Origin: a virus
Lineage: Duplodnaviria > Caudoviricetes
IMG/VR virus record: IMGVR_UViG_2775506876_000001
Location: 12,549 to 76,548 of that record
Direction: 5' to 3' (one strand)
DNA: 64,000 bases
A program made the translations under genes and the position numbers. The notes beneath the pieces are model-generated. The model did not search any database, had not been told where the DNA came from, and was given only the letters and a program-made list of their open reading frames with translations. The stretch's first letter is position 1; every line of letters begins with the position of its first letter. Shown one piece after another: positions 9,707-19,805 of the stretch.

Positions 9707-12700
9707 ATGCCTTTAATTGATGGATTTATAGGAACTTCAGGAACCGATTTATCTGGTAGAACTGCTTATAACGGTTCAACATGGACTAGAACCAGAAACG
9801 ATGGTGATAATACAAATTCAAAATTAATCATAAGTCCATCGGGGCGTGTAAGACAATGGAAAAAAATAAATGCTTCAAACTTTAGTGTTCACGCAAATAG
9901 TACACAAGTTAACACCACAAATTTTTATGAAGTTTTAGGCATTTTTAAATGGTATGGAGATCCTGATTTAATATCTTCAAGCCGTTCAAGTATTGGTTTT
10001 GGTTTAAGATATTTGAATTCTAGTAATAGTGGTTATGCTGCTACTATTAGATATTCTGAAGCGACTGGATCAACAAAATTATTTGCAATTTATAATTTAC
10101 AAAGTAACCAATATCCTAAGCAATCAGGAACTAATGAGAGTAGATGTCCATTAGTAACAGGACATAGCTATGCCATAATTATTCAAGCCGTTTCCGGTGC
10201 AATAAATGCTGGTGTGTTCAGTCTAACAACTGGTAAATGGTTAAGCGGTGGGCTGTTTGATACCATTTCAAATACTTTAGTAGTTTCATCAAAAGTTATA
10301 AACCCAAATATAACCCAGGTTGGTACACCTGCTATATTTGCAATTTTTGATCCGGCAACAAATCCTGCTGATGATGTTTCTTACAGCACTATACAATTTC
10401 ACGGTGCTGTCAGTGATGTTTTGTCTGAAGTTCCAAAATTAACTGTGGTTTCAGCACCACAGCAAGGTTTATCAGGACAAGCATCGACTAACTTTACTTT
10501 AGGATATACAGGGATTTTAGCACCAGGGAAAAATTATACTATTGTTCCCAGCGATTCGGGTGCTGGTGGTGTTTTTACACCTTCAACATTTAATATAAGT
10601 ACTACAAACACTACAGTAAGTTTTACTTATAAACCACCATTATTAAATCCAACCGATCCGCCTCAAGAAATTCCATTATCTTTTACGGCTGATGGTGTTT
10701 TATTAACCCAATCGAATTATACTAGTTATTCTTCAAACACCAATATTACTGATGATGGAACAAACCCAACATTTGAATATGTTGGATACACTAGCCCTAA
10801 TTTTAGGGTAACAATCAACGGTGTAAATCTGCCAACAACTGTTAACTTATCTGATAACAGTAATGGTGTTTTTACTCCAAATACTTTAACATTTACCTAC
10901 CCTGGACAAGAACTAACTTTTAAATACAGACCTAATAGTTTAGGTGATATCACATTATTTATAACGGGTAATAATTTTACAACAAAAACTTATAACTTTC
11001 AGGGATTAACACCAACAGTAGATATTAAATCAAGTCCAAATGTTGCTTGGCTCAACTATGCTAGTAAAACTTTCACTGTTGGTTTAAATGGTGGTGTTAG
11101 TCAACTGGCCGGTTCAATACCTTTAACTTTTAACTCTAGTGGTGGAACTTTCACACCTGCTAATGTAACTTTAACTGGTGCAAATCCTACAGCGACTTTT
11201 ACATTTACACCAAACACTACTGGCAATAAAACTATTACGATATCTTCAATATATGCAATATCAGCAACTAAAAATATTTTTGTTGGATTAAAACCGACAA
11301 AAATAACTTTAACTTTACCTAGTAAAAATAATTGTGAAATCAGCCAATATTCAGAAGCTTTTAATATTAGTGTTGATGGACTTGTTATCGATAATATAGA
11401 AGTTTTAGTAACTGATAATAATAAAAATTCTATAATTCCAAAAATAATATTTAGTAACCCTGATCAGATACCAAATCCGGTAAATAGTAAAGATTTTATA
11501 ATCAAAGTTTGCAACTCAGAAGCATTTATATTAACTGCAATATCACCAGGATTGACATCTAATTCCGTATCATTTACAGGAATTTTGGACACAACTAATT
11601 ATGATAGAAGTTTCATATTTAATGATGATTTTGAAAGAGGTAACACAACCTCATTGGGAAATGGTTGGTTACATGGTTCTCAATATTCTTTAGTTGATGG
11701 AAAAGTTGTCACAACTAACAAAACATTATCTGATGTTATAACTTTTTTCAGAGGTCAAGTAGTCAGAACCACTGTTAGATGTTTCCTAGATGAAGAATCT
11801 TTTACATTAACAAGTGCAGAATTAAACGCTTTTCATAAAGTTATTGTAGGTGATACGGTTCTTGGTAATAAACAAATACCGACAAGCACAACCGTTACAG
11901 CGAAAGCATCTAACAATTCATTAACACTTTCTAAAAAACCGACAGACAGTAATCCTAAAGACTGTTTAAGAGGTATTAGTATTGTAAATTCTGAAATAGA
12001 ATGTGAAATTCAACCACCATTAAGTTATCTTTGGAATCAGATACACACAGCAAGAATTATCAGCCGTAAACAAGAAAACAAAGACGCTAAATATTTTGTA
12101 GATATCAGTGCTGAAAACAAAGGTTCAACAATGGTTGTGATAGCATCTTTATTTACAAAGATTTCAACCAGGGAAAAGCCTGATAGAATTTATGTAAGAA
12201 AAGTTTATTTACAAAATACAGCACACACTTTCAGATTTACCACAATAACTTATGATTCTACAACAGTTTTAGAATTACGTGCTATTAACCCTAATAATGG
12301 AATAACAACTTTTATTTTTAGGGTTGTCAACGGTGAACCTGAATTACAAAAACCTGGTGATATTGGTATAAGCCACAATGGTGTTGCAACATTTAATAGT
12401 TTCTCTTATTACTCAATAACTACTAAAAAGAAAAATTCACCATTAAATTTTTATGTAGATATAAATAATGGGAATGATAACAACAATGGTAGTTATTCAG
12501 CACCATTTCAAAATATTTCTAAAGCCTTAAGTAAATATGAAAAAGGTAGAAATCTGATAATTGTAATCAGACCAGGGACATACAACACAACATATACAGA
12601 AGAAAATCCATTAATTCTTAGGGATGGTTGCAGTATTGTAGGTGAATCAACAGCACCAGTAATAAAAGCAAGTGTCTTAATTGATCAGAGTTCCGATAGT

Positions 12701-13066
12701 TCTTTAAATAATTTGATATTTGATGGTAACAACTATCAAATTAAAAAAGCTGTGACAATCAGAGATGCTTACAATTTTATTTTCAAAAATATAGAAATTT
12801 ACGGATACCGTGAAACAGCTTTAGATATTCAGCGAGTATCAGAAGCCGAGTTTAGCGATTTTAAAATAACAGACAGTAGTTATAGCAGCTTAATTCTAGG
12901 TTACATTCCAAGCTTCAGCACCGATAAGCAAACATCAGTTATTTTATTTGGTTTCTTGTTCAAAACGATTTTTAGAGATTTTTATATAAACACCCTGGAC
13001 TCTAGAGGTGGTCAAGCTTTCTTGGCTTGGTCTGAACATTGGGAACGTTTGAATAATTATTTATAA
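9707..13066 (+). CDS. Large virion adhesion/fibre protein (Ig-like repeats, DUF1565-like motif, start of a beta-helix)
   Basis: Repeated 'GGxFTPxT(L/F)T' units; 'FYVDINNGNDNNNGSYSAPFQNISKAL...IRPGTY'; ATG at 9707 preferred to TTG at 9701. Confidence 0.7.
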   Translation: MPLIDGFIGTSGTDLSGRTAYNGSTWTRTRNDGDNTNSKLIISPSGRVRQWKKINASNFSVHANSTQVNTTNFYEVLGIFKWYGDPDLISSSRSSIGFGLRYLNSSNSGYAATIRYSEATGSTKLFAIYNLQSNQYPKQSGTNESRCPLVTGHSYAIIIQAVSGAINAGVFSLTTGKWLSGGLFDTISNTLVVSSKVINPNITQVGTPAIFAIFDPATNPADDVSYSTIQFHGAVSDVLSEVPKLTVVSAPQQGLSGQASTNFTLGYTGILAPGKNYTIVPSDSGAGGVFTPSTFNISTTNTTVSFTYKPPLLNPTDPPQEIPLSFTADGVLLTQSNYTSYSSNTNITDDGTNPTFEYVGYTSPNFRVTINGVNLPTTVNLSDNSNGVFTPNTLTFTYPGQELTFKYRPNSLGDITLFITGNNFTTKTYNFQGLTPTVDIKSSPNVAWLNYASKTFTVGLNGGVSQLAGSIPLTFNSSGGTFTPANVTLTGANPTATFTFTPNTTGNKTITISSIYAISATKNIFVGLKPTKITLTLPSKNNCEISQYSEAFNISVDGLVIDNIEVLVTDNNKNSIIPKIIFSNPDQIPNPVNSKDFIIKVCNSEAFILTAISPGLTSNSVSFTGILDTTNYDRSFIFNDDFERGNTTSLGNGWLHGSQYSLVDGKVVTTNKTLSDVITFFRGQVVRTTVRCFLDEESFTLTSAELNAFHKVIVGDTVLGNKQIPTSTTVTAKASNNSLTLSKKPTDSNPKDCLRGISIVNSEIECEIQPPLSYLWNQIHTARIISRKQENKDAKYFVDISAENKGSTMVVIASLFTKISTREKPDRIYVRKVYLQNTAHTFRFTTITYDSTTVLELRAINPNNGITTFIFRVVNGEPELQKPGDIGISHNGVATFNSFSYYSITTKKKNSPLNFYVDINNGNDNNNGSYSAPFQNISKALSKYEKGRNLIIVIRPGTYNTTYTEENPLILRDGCSIVGESTAPVIKASVLIDQSSDSSLNNLIFDGNNYQIKKAVTIRDAYNFIFKNIEIYGYRETALDIQRVSEAEFSDFKITDSSYSSLILGYIPSFSTDKQTSVILFGFLFKTIFRDFYINTLDSRGGQAFLAWSEHWERLNNYL

Positions 13067-13133
13067 TAGTTTTATAACAATTCTATAATATTTGTTTATT
13101 TGTCTGACAATTCAAAAAGTGACTTTTTAAAAT

Positions 13134-16100
13134 ATGGCAGAAAATATTATATTTCCAAATAACGCTAACTTGCTGATTCCTAGAAATTTTACAATAAATG
13201 GACAAAATTATACAGCAACAATTAATCTTAGAACCGGACAACCTTTTAATATAGACAACACTGGTGCAACTGATGTTAGTCAAGAAATGCAAGATTTTCT
13301 TGACTGTAAAATGACTTATGGTGGGAACAGAATTAATTATTTACCCAATGGAACATATTTAGTTAGTAAAACGTTGTATTGGGCTGGTTATCTATTTATA
13401 AACAATGTTGCTCTTATAAATGTCACTGTAACTGCTGGTAGTAATATAATCACGGCTAGTTCAGGAACTTTTACAAATGTCCAAGTAGGTCAATCTGTTG
13501 TTGGCACGGGTATTCATCCAGGGACAACAGTAACAGCAGTCACAAATACGGCAAGTATCACAATCAGTCAAGCAGCATGGACAAGTTTTAGTGAAGGAAA
13601 TAGACAGAAGCGTCAAATTTTACAAGGACAAAACAGAGAATTAACTAAAATCAAGCTTGCAAATAATTTAGGATCAAATTTTAATCAAAAAGCTGTAATC
13701 AACACGGGTTTAATTCCTGCACAGAGATTTAGAAATGCTGTCAGGGATTTGACAATAGATATAGGTTCTGGAAATCCTTTAGCTATCGGTTTGCAATTTT
13801 GTGCGCATAACCAAGGTGTAGCCAGAAATTTAAATATTATTTCAAGTGATCCTAATAAAGCTGGTAGAGCAGGTTTAGATCTTAGGAATACCAATGAACC
13901 TGCACCGATGCTTTGTAAAGATATTATGATTGATGGGTTTGATTATGGTGTTTGGGCTTGGTCTGGTGTTGGGATTACTTTATGTGATATTACAGTAAAA
14001 AATCAATTGCAATACGGTATTTATAATACTAGTGGTAATTACGGTGCTACCCTATTTATGGAAAATATTACATCTATAAATAGTGTTCCAGCATATTACA
14101 ACATTTACGGTAATAATTTTACAGCTTGTGTTTCCCTGGTCAATTGCAATTTTCATAACAATGGTAATCCTACTAATGCGATCGCACTAAGTACCAACTG
14201 TTTAGCATTTTTTGCAAGAGGTTTGAACATCTCTGATTATGCAACAGCTATCCAAAATACTGCGGATGGTACTAATTTAACTGGTAATATTTCAAATTAC
14301 GAATATTACACAGGAATGCTAGGAACCGGAACAAATACCAGTCAGACAACTAACTTGGGTGTTCCTGATAATATTGCATTACCAATTGAACCAACACCAG
14401 TAGTAACTTGGGAACAAGATTTTAGTAAATGGGTATGTCCCCAAGATGTTGGCGGAGTAATTTCAAGCACTGTTGATCAATCAACTTTTATCCAAGCTGC
14501 AATTGATATTCCGGGTAAAAATACTATTTATTTTCCGAGAGGAACTTATTTAATTAACAACAATATTTATATTCGTGGTGATATAAAACGTTTTATTGGT
14601 TGTGAAGCTTCCCTGACTGGCATTGGAAAAATAATAGTAGGTGATGGTTCAAGTAACACAGTAATTATTGAACGCTTCGATGGTCTTGCAGGCAATCAAA
14701 TTCAACATTTAACTAGCAGAACTTTGATAATATCTAGTGTTACTTCAAACACTGATAACGTTAGGACTTATACAAATATTTCAGATGATTTAACAACTAT
14801 CGGAACAGGAAAAATATTTTGTGAAGACTTTGTAACCGATTCAATAGAAATGATAGGTAACAGAGGATTCTTTAGACAATTTAATCCTGAAACTGGCAGC
14901 AGTCCTGACAAATTAATTTTAAGAAATAGTGCTTGGTTATTTTGTGTCGGAATGAAAACCGAAAAAAATCCGACACCAATAAGATTAGAAACTAATTCTA
15001 GATTCGATGGTAGCTGTTTTTTCTATTCGACAAGTACTAATGAACCTGCTAAAGTTGAACCCTTGGTAGAACTTACTGATGCTGAGGTTTCTTTAACTTT
15101 TACAGAATCCGTAAATAACAATAAACCATTTTTGGCTAATGTTATCGAAGAAAGAGCGGGACAAGTTAAAATACTTTATAAATCTTCATCAGGAACTACT
15201 GGTGAATCAGTAGCATTGACAACTGTTAGAAGACTTCCTAGTGATGATATAAATATCAATGATATTTCACCAGGGTTTGTAGACTTGGTGATTGAAAACG
15301 GTAGTATCGTTGTAGGTGATGTCAACAATGCTTGGAATGAAAATTTAGAATTAAAATATAGAACCCAACAATCAGCGATCGCTATCCATTTAGCAGACTT
15401 TAGGAATTCTAAAATTCAATACAATCAATTCAATGGAATGTTGTCTATTTGGAATTCCAAAAGCAGTAATATATTAATTCAATATAATCAATGGGATTAT
15501 GAAAAATCTGATAGTACTGGGTATTGTATTGGATTACATGATACTGGTTTAAAAGTACAATTCAACATTTTCAAAAATTACGGATACGCTTTTAGAAATG
15601 TATTAAATATAATCCCTGGTGCTTATGTTGATAACACAAACATGCCTAGCCCTACCATAAACAACAATATATTTTGTAGACCTTATTTAAATTCTGTAGC
15701 TCAATTTGGTGGTAATAAATTTACTAGTTTTCCTTTTAATTTCTACAATAACACCGTAATCTTAAACAGTAGTTATTCAGCTTTTAAATTTAGTTACGGC
15801 TTTAACAATTCTAGTGCTATTTCATCAACCACAGAAGCCACCAATGTTTATAGTAAATTCCAAAATAATATATTCATTTGTAATTCTGAAAGTGTTGGCA
15901 GCACAGGATTGGCTACAGGAAGTGTTACCATCAGCTACAATGCTTTTCAAAATACCACGGTAATCGGAGCAAATACTTTAAATGTTCCGGTAGATTTTGA
16001 AAGTACAAACCCTAGCACAAACGTATGGGAATATAAATTAAGATCTACAAGTATTTTGATTAATGCAGGTATCCCGATTACGGATATAACACCTATATCT

Positions 16101-16631
16101 GCGGTGTCTATAGGTGCGTTGCAATATGGTAATCCCTGGACAATCACACAACCAGGTAAATTTAAAAATACCATGAATGTGTTGCCAGAATACGAAATAC
16201 TAGCAACACTTACATCGGATAACAATCAAAATATATTGCCAACAATTATGAATATGACAGCAACTAAGTTAAATTCGATAACATTCCCAGATTATCAAAG
16301 ACTAGAAACGCAGTTCAAATCTGGTGAAACTTTTGCTCAAAGAACATCTTTTTTGAGTAATGGAATGGTTCTATCAATTACCCAAAAAATGAATCATGAA
16401 GAATTAGAAAGTCTATTAAATTTTTATAACTCTGTTGGCGGAACCCTAAATAGTTTTGTTTTACCAGAGGAATTTTATAAATTACCTCAAATAATCCAAA
16501 ACCGAATTTACAATTTAAACGCTATACAAAAATGGAAATTTGAAAAACCCCCAATAGTTAGCCCGATAGTTGCAAGCTTTTTAAGAGGTTGGTATCAAAT
16601 CGAAATTTCATTAATATCTGTTATCAGATAG
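13134..16631 (+). CDS. Tailspike/depolymerase (pectate_lyase_3/GH55-like beta-helix) fused to a C-terminal distal-tail-like domain
   Basis: Two 'D.T..(IQ)...YxPxGTY' motifs, 'FRNAVRDLTIDIGSGNP'; C-terminal 130 aa paralogous to the N-terminus of 25859..27469. Confidence 0.75.
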   Translation: MAENIIFPNNANLLIPRNFTINGQNYTATINLRTGQPFNIDNTGATDVSQEMQDFLDCKMTYGGNRINYLPNGTYLVSKTLYWAGYLFINNVALINVTVTAGSNIITASSGTFTNVQVGQSVVGTGIHPGTTVTAVTNTASITISQAAWTSFSEGNRQKRQILQGQNRELTKIKLANNLGSNFNQKAVINTGLIPAQRFRNAVRDLTIDIGSGNPLAIGLQFCAHNQGVARNLNIISSDPNKAGRAGLDLRNTNEPAPMLCKDIMIDGFDYGVWAWSGVGITLCDITVKNQLQYGIYNTSGNYGATLFMENITSINSVPAYYNIYGNNFTACVSLVNCNFHNNGNPTNAIALSTNCLAFFARGLNISDYATAIQNTADGTNLTGNISNYEYYTGMLGTGTNTSQTTNLGVPDNIALPIEPTPVVTWEQDFSKWVCPQDVGGVISSTVDQSTFIQAAIDIPGKNTIYFPRGTYLINNNIYIRGDIKRFIGCEASLTGIGKIIVGDGSSNTVIIERFDGLAGNQIQHLTSRTLIISSVTSNTDNVRTYTNISDDLTTIGTGKIFCEDFVTDSIEMIGNRGFFRQFNPETGSSPDKLILRNSAWLFCVGMKTEKNPTPIRLETNSRFDGSCFFYSTSTNEPAKVEPLVELTDAEVSLTFTESVNNNKPFLANVIEERAGQVKILYKSSSGTTGESVALTTVRRLPSDDININDISPGFVDLVIENGSIVVGDVNNAWNENLELKYRTQQSAIAIHLADFRNSKIQYNQFNGMLSIWNSKSSNILIQYNQWDYEKSDSTGYCIGLHDTGLKVQFNIFKNYGYAFRNVLNIIPGAYVDNTNMPSPTINNNIFCRPYLNSVAQFGGNKFTSFPFNFYNNTVILNSSYSAFKFSYGFNNSSAISSTTEATNVYSKFQNNIFICNSESVGSTGLATGSVTISYNAFQNTTVIGANTLNVPVDFESTNPSTNVWEYKLRSTSILINAGIPITDITPISAVSIGALQYGNPWTITQPGKFKNTMNVLPEYEILATLTSDNNQNILPTIMNMTATKLNSITFPDYQRLETQFKSGETFAQRTSFLSNGMVLSITQKMNHEELESLLNFYNSVGGTLNSFVLPEEFYKLPQIIQNRIYNLNAIQKWKFEKPPIVSPIVASFLRGWYQIEISLISVIR

Positions 16632-16829
16632 TTCAAGATTATCCGATGATTTCACAAATTCTATAGAATTACGTGAATTATCAAAACCGATGTTCAACTT
16701 AACAATCAAATCTAAAAATGGTTGAAAAATTACTAAAAGTGTAGCTGCAATTAAAACTCTTTCGGTGATTTTTGAACGAAAGAGTTTTACAATACTACTT
16801 TCAGTTCTACTATCTAGATTAATTATCAT
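16611..16829 (-). CDS. Small membrane protein (possible holin/lysis accessory)
   Basis: One hydrophobic segment; overlaps upstream ORF. Confidence 0.35.
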   Translation of the reverse strand: MIINLDSRTESSIVKLFRSKITERVLIAATLLVIFQPFLDLIVKLNIGFDNSRNSIEFVKSSDNLELSDNRY

Positions 16830-17163
16830 CGTTATCTACCATTTTTTCAGAATAATAATCTTGATCGTCAATGCTATCAATATTATCATTCAAAAAATTA
16901 TGGACTTTATCTGACTTAAAGTAGATTTTTATAATTTCAAAAAGTTTTTTTTGTCTACGTTCTATCCTAATTATTCTTTGATTTAAAATTGTCCATTTTT
17001 TAGGAACATCCCAATACTTAATAAGCACAAGTAACATTAATGCTGCACCAACCATTAAAGCAGCTAGCTCTTGCTCAACGAGTCTTTGTACAGTTTTTAA
17101 AACTAAATACTCTATACTAAGTTGTGATTCAGCATCAGCAAAAACAAATAAATTTAATAACAT
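16819..17163 (-). CDS. Membrane protein, possible holin
   Basis: TM 'LAALMVGAALMLLVLI' followed by basic/coiled segment. Confidence 0.45.
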   Translation of the reverse strand: MLLNLFVFADAESQLSIEYLVLKTVQRLVEQELAALMVGAALMLLVLIKYWDVPKKWTILNQRIIRIERRQKKLFEIIKIYFKSDKVHNFLNDNIDSIDDQDYYSEKMVDNDDN

Positions 17164-17311
17164 AAACTTATACGTCAGTAAATCTATTATATTTAATAGT
17201 TATCTAAGACACAATAGGTATTTACACTATTATGTAATTTTGTCAATTATCTTTAAATAATCTTTACAATATAAAGTTTGCTAGAATTTTAGAAATAATT
17301 TAGCAACAGTT

Positions 17312-17500
17312 ATGACTAGAAACAAAATTGTAATTTTTTCAGGAATACTGGTTTTATTAATAGTTGTCAACGCAATAACCTACATTAACCAAAGTTGCTC
17401 AAAAATAATTAAAGAAGCTGTAGACCAGGGTGATATACAAGTTTTACAGGATATCAACTCTGGTAGAAAATATTGCAGACCCGCAGGAAAATTATTTTAA
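17312..17500 (+). CDS. Small membrane-anchored protein
   Basis: N-terminal TM helix. Confidence 0.5.
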   Translation: MTRNKIVIFSGILVLLIVVNAITYINQSCSKIIKEAVDQGDIQVLQDINSGRKYCRPAGKLF

Positions 17501-17515
17501 TTTGTCAGACATTAT

Positions 17516-17584
17516 AAAAAGTGACTTTTTAATTTTAAAAATATAGAATTTATTGTCTATAGCATAAAAGTTTAAATTTGTCAA
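17516..17584 (-). promoter_or_regulatory. Repeated promoter cassette, copy 2 (leftward)
   Basis: Reverse complement TTGACA(17584)-17bp-TATAGA plus 15-bp palindrome. Confidence 0.7.
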
Positions 17585-17650
17585 GGGTATTTATAATAAT
17601 TTTCAGATTTTGTAGCCAGATTGAAAACTACAAAAAATATTTGGTTGTTG

Positions 17651-17970
17651 GTTTCAATCCCTGATAGGGATTATTAGGTATCGCTAGATTCATTACTGAG
17701 GAAGATTACAAGGGCATAGGTTTCAATCCCTGATAGGGATTATTAGGTATTGCTAGAATTACGTAATGAGGCTGTTGAGTTTTTACGTAAGTTTCAATCC
17801 CTGATAGGGATTATTAGGTATTGCTAGTTTAGGCTTTTTAGTGCTGATATCCCTATTAACGTTTCAATCCCTGATAGGGATTATTAGGTATTGCTAGATT
17901 TTTAGCTGGGATATCTTACGCTCCAATTGGTTAGTTTCAATCCCTGATAGGGATTATTAGGTATTGCTAG
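17651..17970 (-). CRISPR. Orphan CRISPR mini-array: 5 repeats of 37 bp, 4 spacers (32, 34, 33, 36 bp)
   Basis: Repeat GTTTCAATCCCTGATAGGGATTATTAGGTATTGCTAG at 17651, 17720, 17791, 17861, 17934; reverse strand ends ATTGAAAC; the single mismatched repeat is at 17651 (trailer); no cas genes in window. Confidence 0.97.
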
Positions 17971-18120
17971 GGCTACCTTTTGAAAGTCTTTGTCTATAAG
18001 GTTTTCACGGTTCGGTTGCGTCAATCTACTTAAAAATATCATTACAGCCATTAAACTGTCAAGGTTTTGGTCAAATAGCTATAGATCAACACTGAACCAA
18101 TCAATTCAAAATCAAAGCTT
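17971..18120 (-). promoter_or_regulatory. CRISPR leader
   Basis: Reverse strand reads TTGACGCAACCGAACC..GAAAACC..CTTTCAAAAGGTAGCC into the first repeat, resembling cyanobacterial leaders. Confidence 0.65.
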
Positions 18121-18122
18121 TT

Positions 18123-19236
18123 CTAGGGCATTCTAGACCAGGGTAAAAGCATGTATGAATCTAGGGTACTTAGATAATCTAGAACCTTTTAACTATCTAT
18201 TGTCATTAAAACATCTTATTGCAAATAACTGTACTAGAGTATTTATGCTTATTAAGTACTACTGTAATAGTACAGATATTCTCAATAAGCTCAATATTCT
18301 CAATAAGACCACAAAATTTTTTGTAGTTTTTTGTAATGGTTTTTGTAGAAATTACAAACTACAAAAACCTTATGTAGCAAGGATTTTGTAATAGTTTTTG
18401 TAGATTTTGTAGTTTTGAGCCGGATATAAATCTCTACAGGTGTACTAGTACAGGTGTACTATCAAAGTGTACTAGTAAAATTTATACAAACTAGTACTAT
18501 CAAAGGCTTATAGAAATCTATGATTTAATCTGGCTAGAGAAAAATAATCATAAATTTTTGTAGTCCAGGGTAGTTGTACTAACAAAAACCTGAGTAAATC
18601 ATAAAAAATCTAAATAAGTATTTTTACTTATAAATTTGTACTAGTTATATAAAGGATAAATTAATATAAGTTTTTCTTATACTTCTTTATGTTTTATATA
18701 TGTAATACAAATTAAATAGATTATTTGTACTAGTTTAAGTATTTATAACTATTTAGGTTTTTGTTAGTACAACTACCCTGGGCTACATAATTTTTTGATT
18801 ATTTTTCTCTGACCATAGAAAACTAGATATTCATATAAGTCTTGATATATAAGATTTTCTTGTACTACAAAACTACCTGTTTTTATATTACAGACATACT
18901 ACAAAGCTCTAGAGATTTATATCCGGCTCAAAACTACAAAATCTACAAAAACTATTACAAAATCCTTGCTACATAAGGTTTTTGTAGTTTGTAATTTCTA
19001 CAAAAACTATTACAAAAAACTACAAAATTTTTTGTAGTCTTATTGAGAATATTGAGCTTATTGAGAATATCTGTACTATTACAGTAGTACAAGTAAGTAT
19101 AAATGCTTAAAATAGTATATGTATAAGCTAAACTTATCAATGAAAACTACAAAAAGTCTGAAAGCCTTGTAACAACTAGAATCTTTATTCAGCTTGATAA
19201 ACTAATCGTGCTGCCACCCTGGTCTAGAATGCCCTA
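18123..19236. repeat. Nested palindromic element A (about 1.1 kb); inverted copy of element B
   Basis: Arms 18124-18144/19216-19236 (21 bp), 18256-18436/18910-19090 (181 bp), 18536-18591/18755-18810 (56 bp); dense ACTACAAAA and GTACTA iterations. Confidence 0.93.
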
Positions 19237-19384
19237 TAACTTACCCGATCATCGAACAAACCCTTTTGTACTTCCAATGAATCAAGGCTTTTTGTAATCG
19301 ATTCTGGAAACTACAAAAATTTTTGTAGTCCATTTTGCAACTCTGCGATAAACTACAAAATTCAAAAATTGTTTTAAAATACCC

Positions 19385-19454
19385 TTGACAAATTTAAACT
19401 TTTGTGCTATAGAGAATAATTTATAAAATATTCAAAATTAAAAAGTCACTTTTT
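19385..19454 (+). promoter_or_regulatory. Repeated promoter cassette, copy 3, upstream of nucleotide-metabolism genes
   Basis: TTGACA-17bp-TATAGA plus AAAAAGTCACTTTTT. Confidence 0.75.
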
Positions 19455-19522
19455 AAAATAGTTTTATAATATAAGTGTTGAATTTTGGAATTGTCTGCCA
19501 TCTTTTACAGATGGCTTTACTT

Positions 19523-19804
19523 ATGGATAATCAAGAAAAACCAGATATTCTTTTGATACTTTCACAAGAACATCCAGAATTAAAAGAATATTTTTTACAG
19601 CGTAGAAATATAGGGCTACAAACATACGGTAAACGTTTAAACCCTTTTAATGGTAGAGATGCTTACAAAGATTTGTTTGAAGAATTACTAGATGCCTGTG
19701 CTTATGCATATCAGCTTTATTTAGAAAATCCTAATGATACTAAATATCATGTGATTTATGAAGCTGTTACTGAATTAACAAAATTAGTTTTAGAGAAAAA
19801 GTAA
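19523..19804 (+). CDS. Phage protein, possibly all-alpha nucleotide pyrophosphatase-like
   Basis: 'GLQTYG..L...NGRD..DLFEELLDACAY'; next to dcd; ATG at 19523 preferred. Confidence 0.5.
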   Translation: MDNQEKPDILLILSQEHPELKEYFLQRRNIGLQTYGKRLNPFNGRDAYKDLFEELLDACAYAYQLYLENPNDTKYHVIYEAVTELTKLVLEKK

Positions 19805-19805
19805 T

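Noticed and set aside
17688-17933. Self-targeting by CRISPR spacers
   Set aside because: Only short chance matches (about 12 nt or less) seen by eye; needs a proper alignment
18155-19140. ORFs 18155..18391 and 18955..19140 (and twins 50831..51016, 51580..51771) encoding 'YYCNSTDILNKLNIL...'
   Set aside because: They are translations of the 181-bp palindrome arms, with low-complexity iterons and inconsistent starts; most likely non-coding, though a peptide cannot be fully excluded
17000-19800. cas or anti-CRISPR genes beside the array
   Set aside because: Neighbouring ORFs are small membrane or nucleotide-metabolism proteins with no Cas motifs
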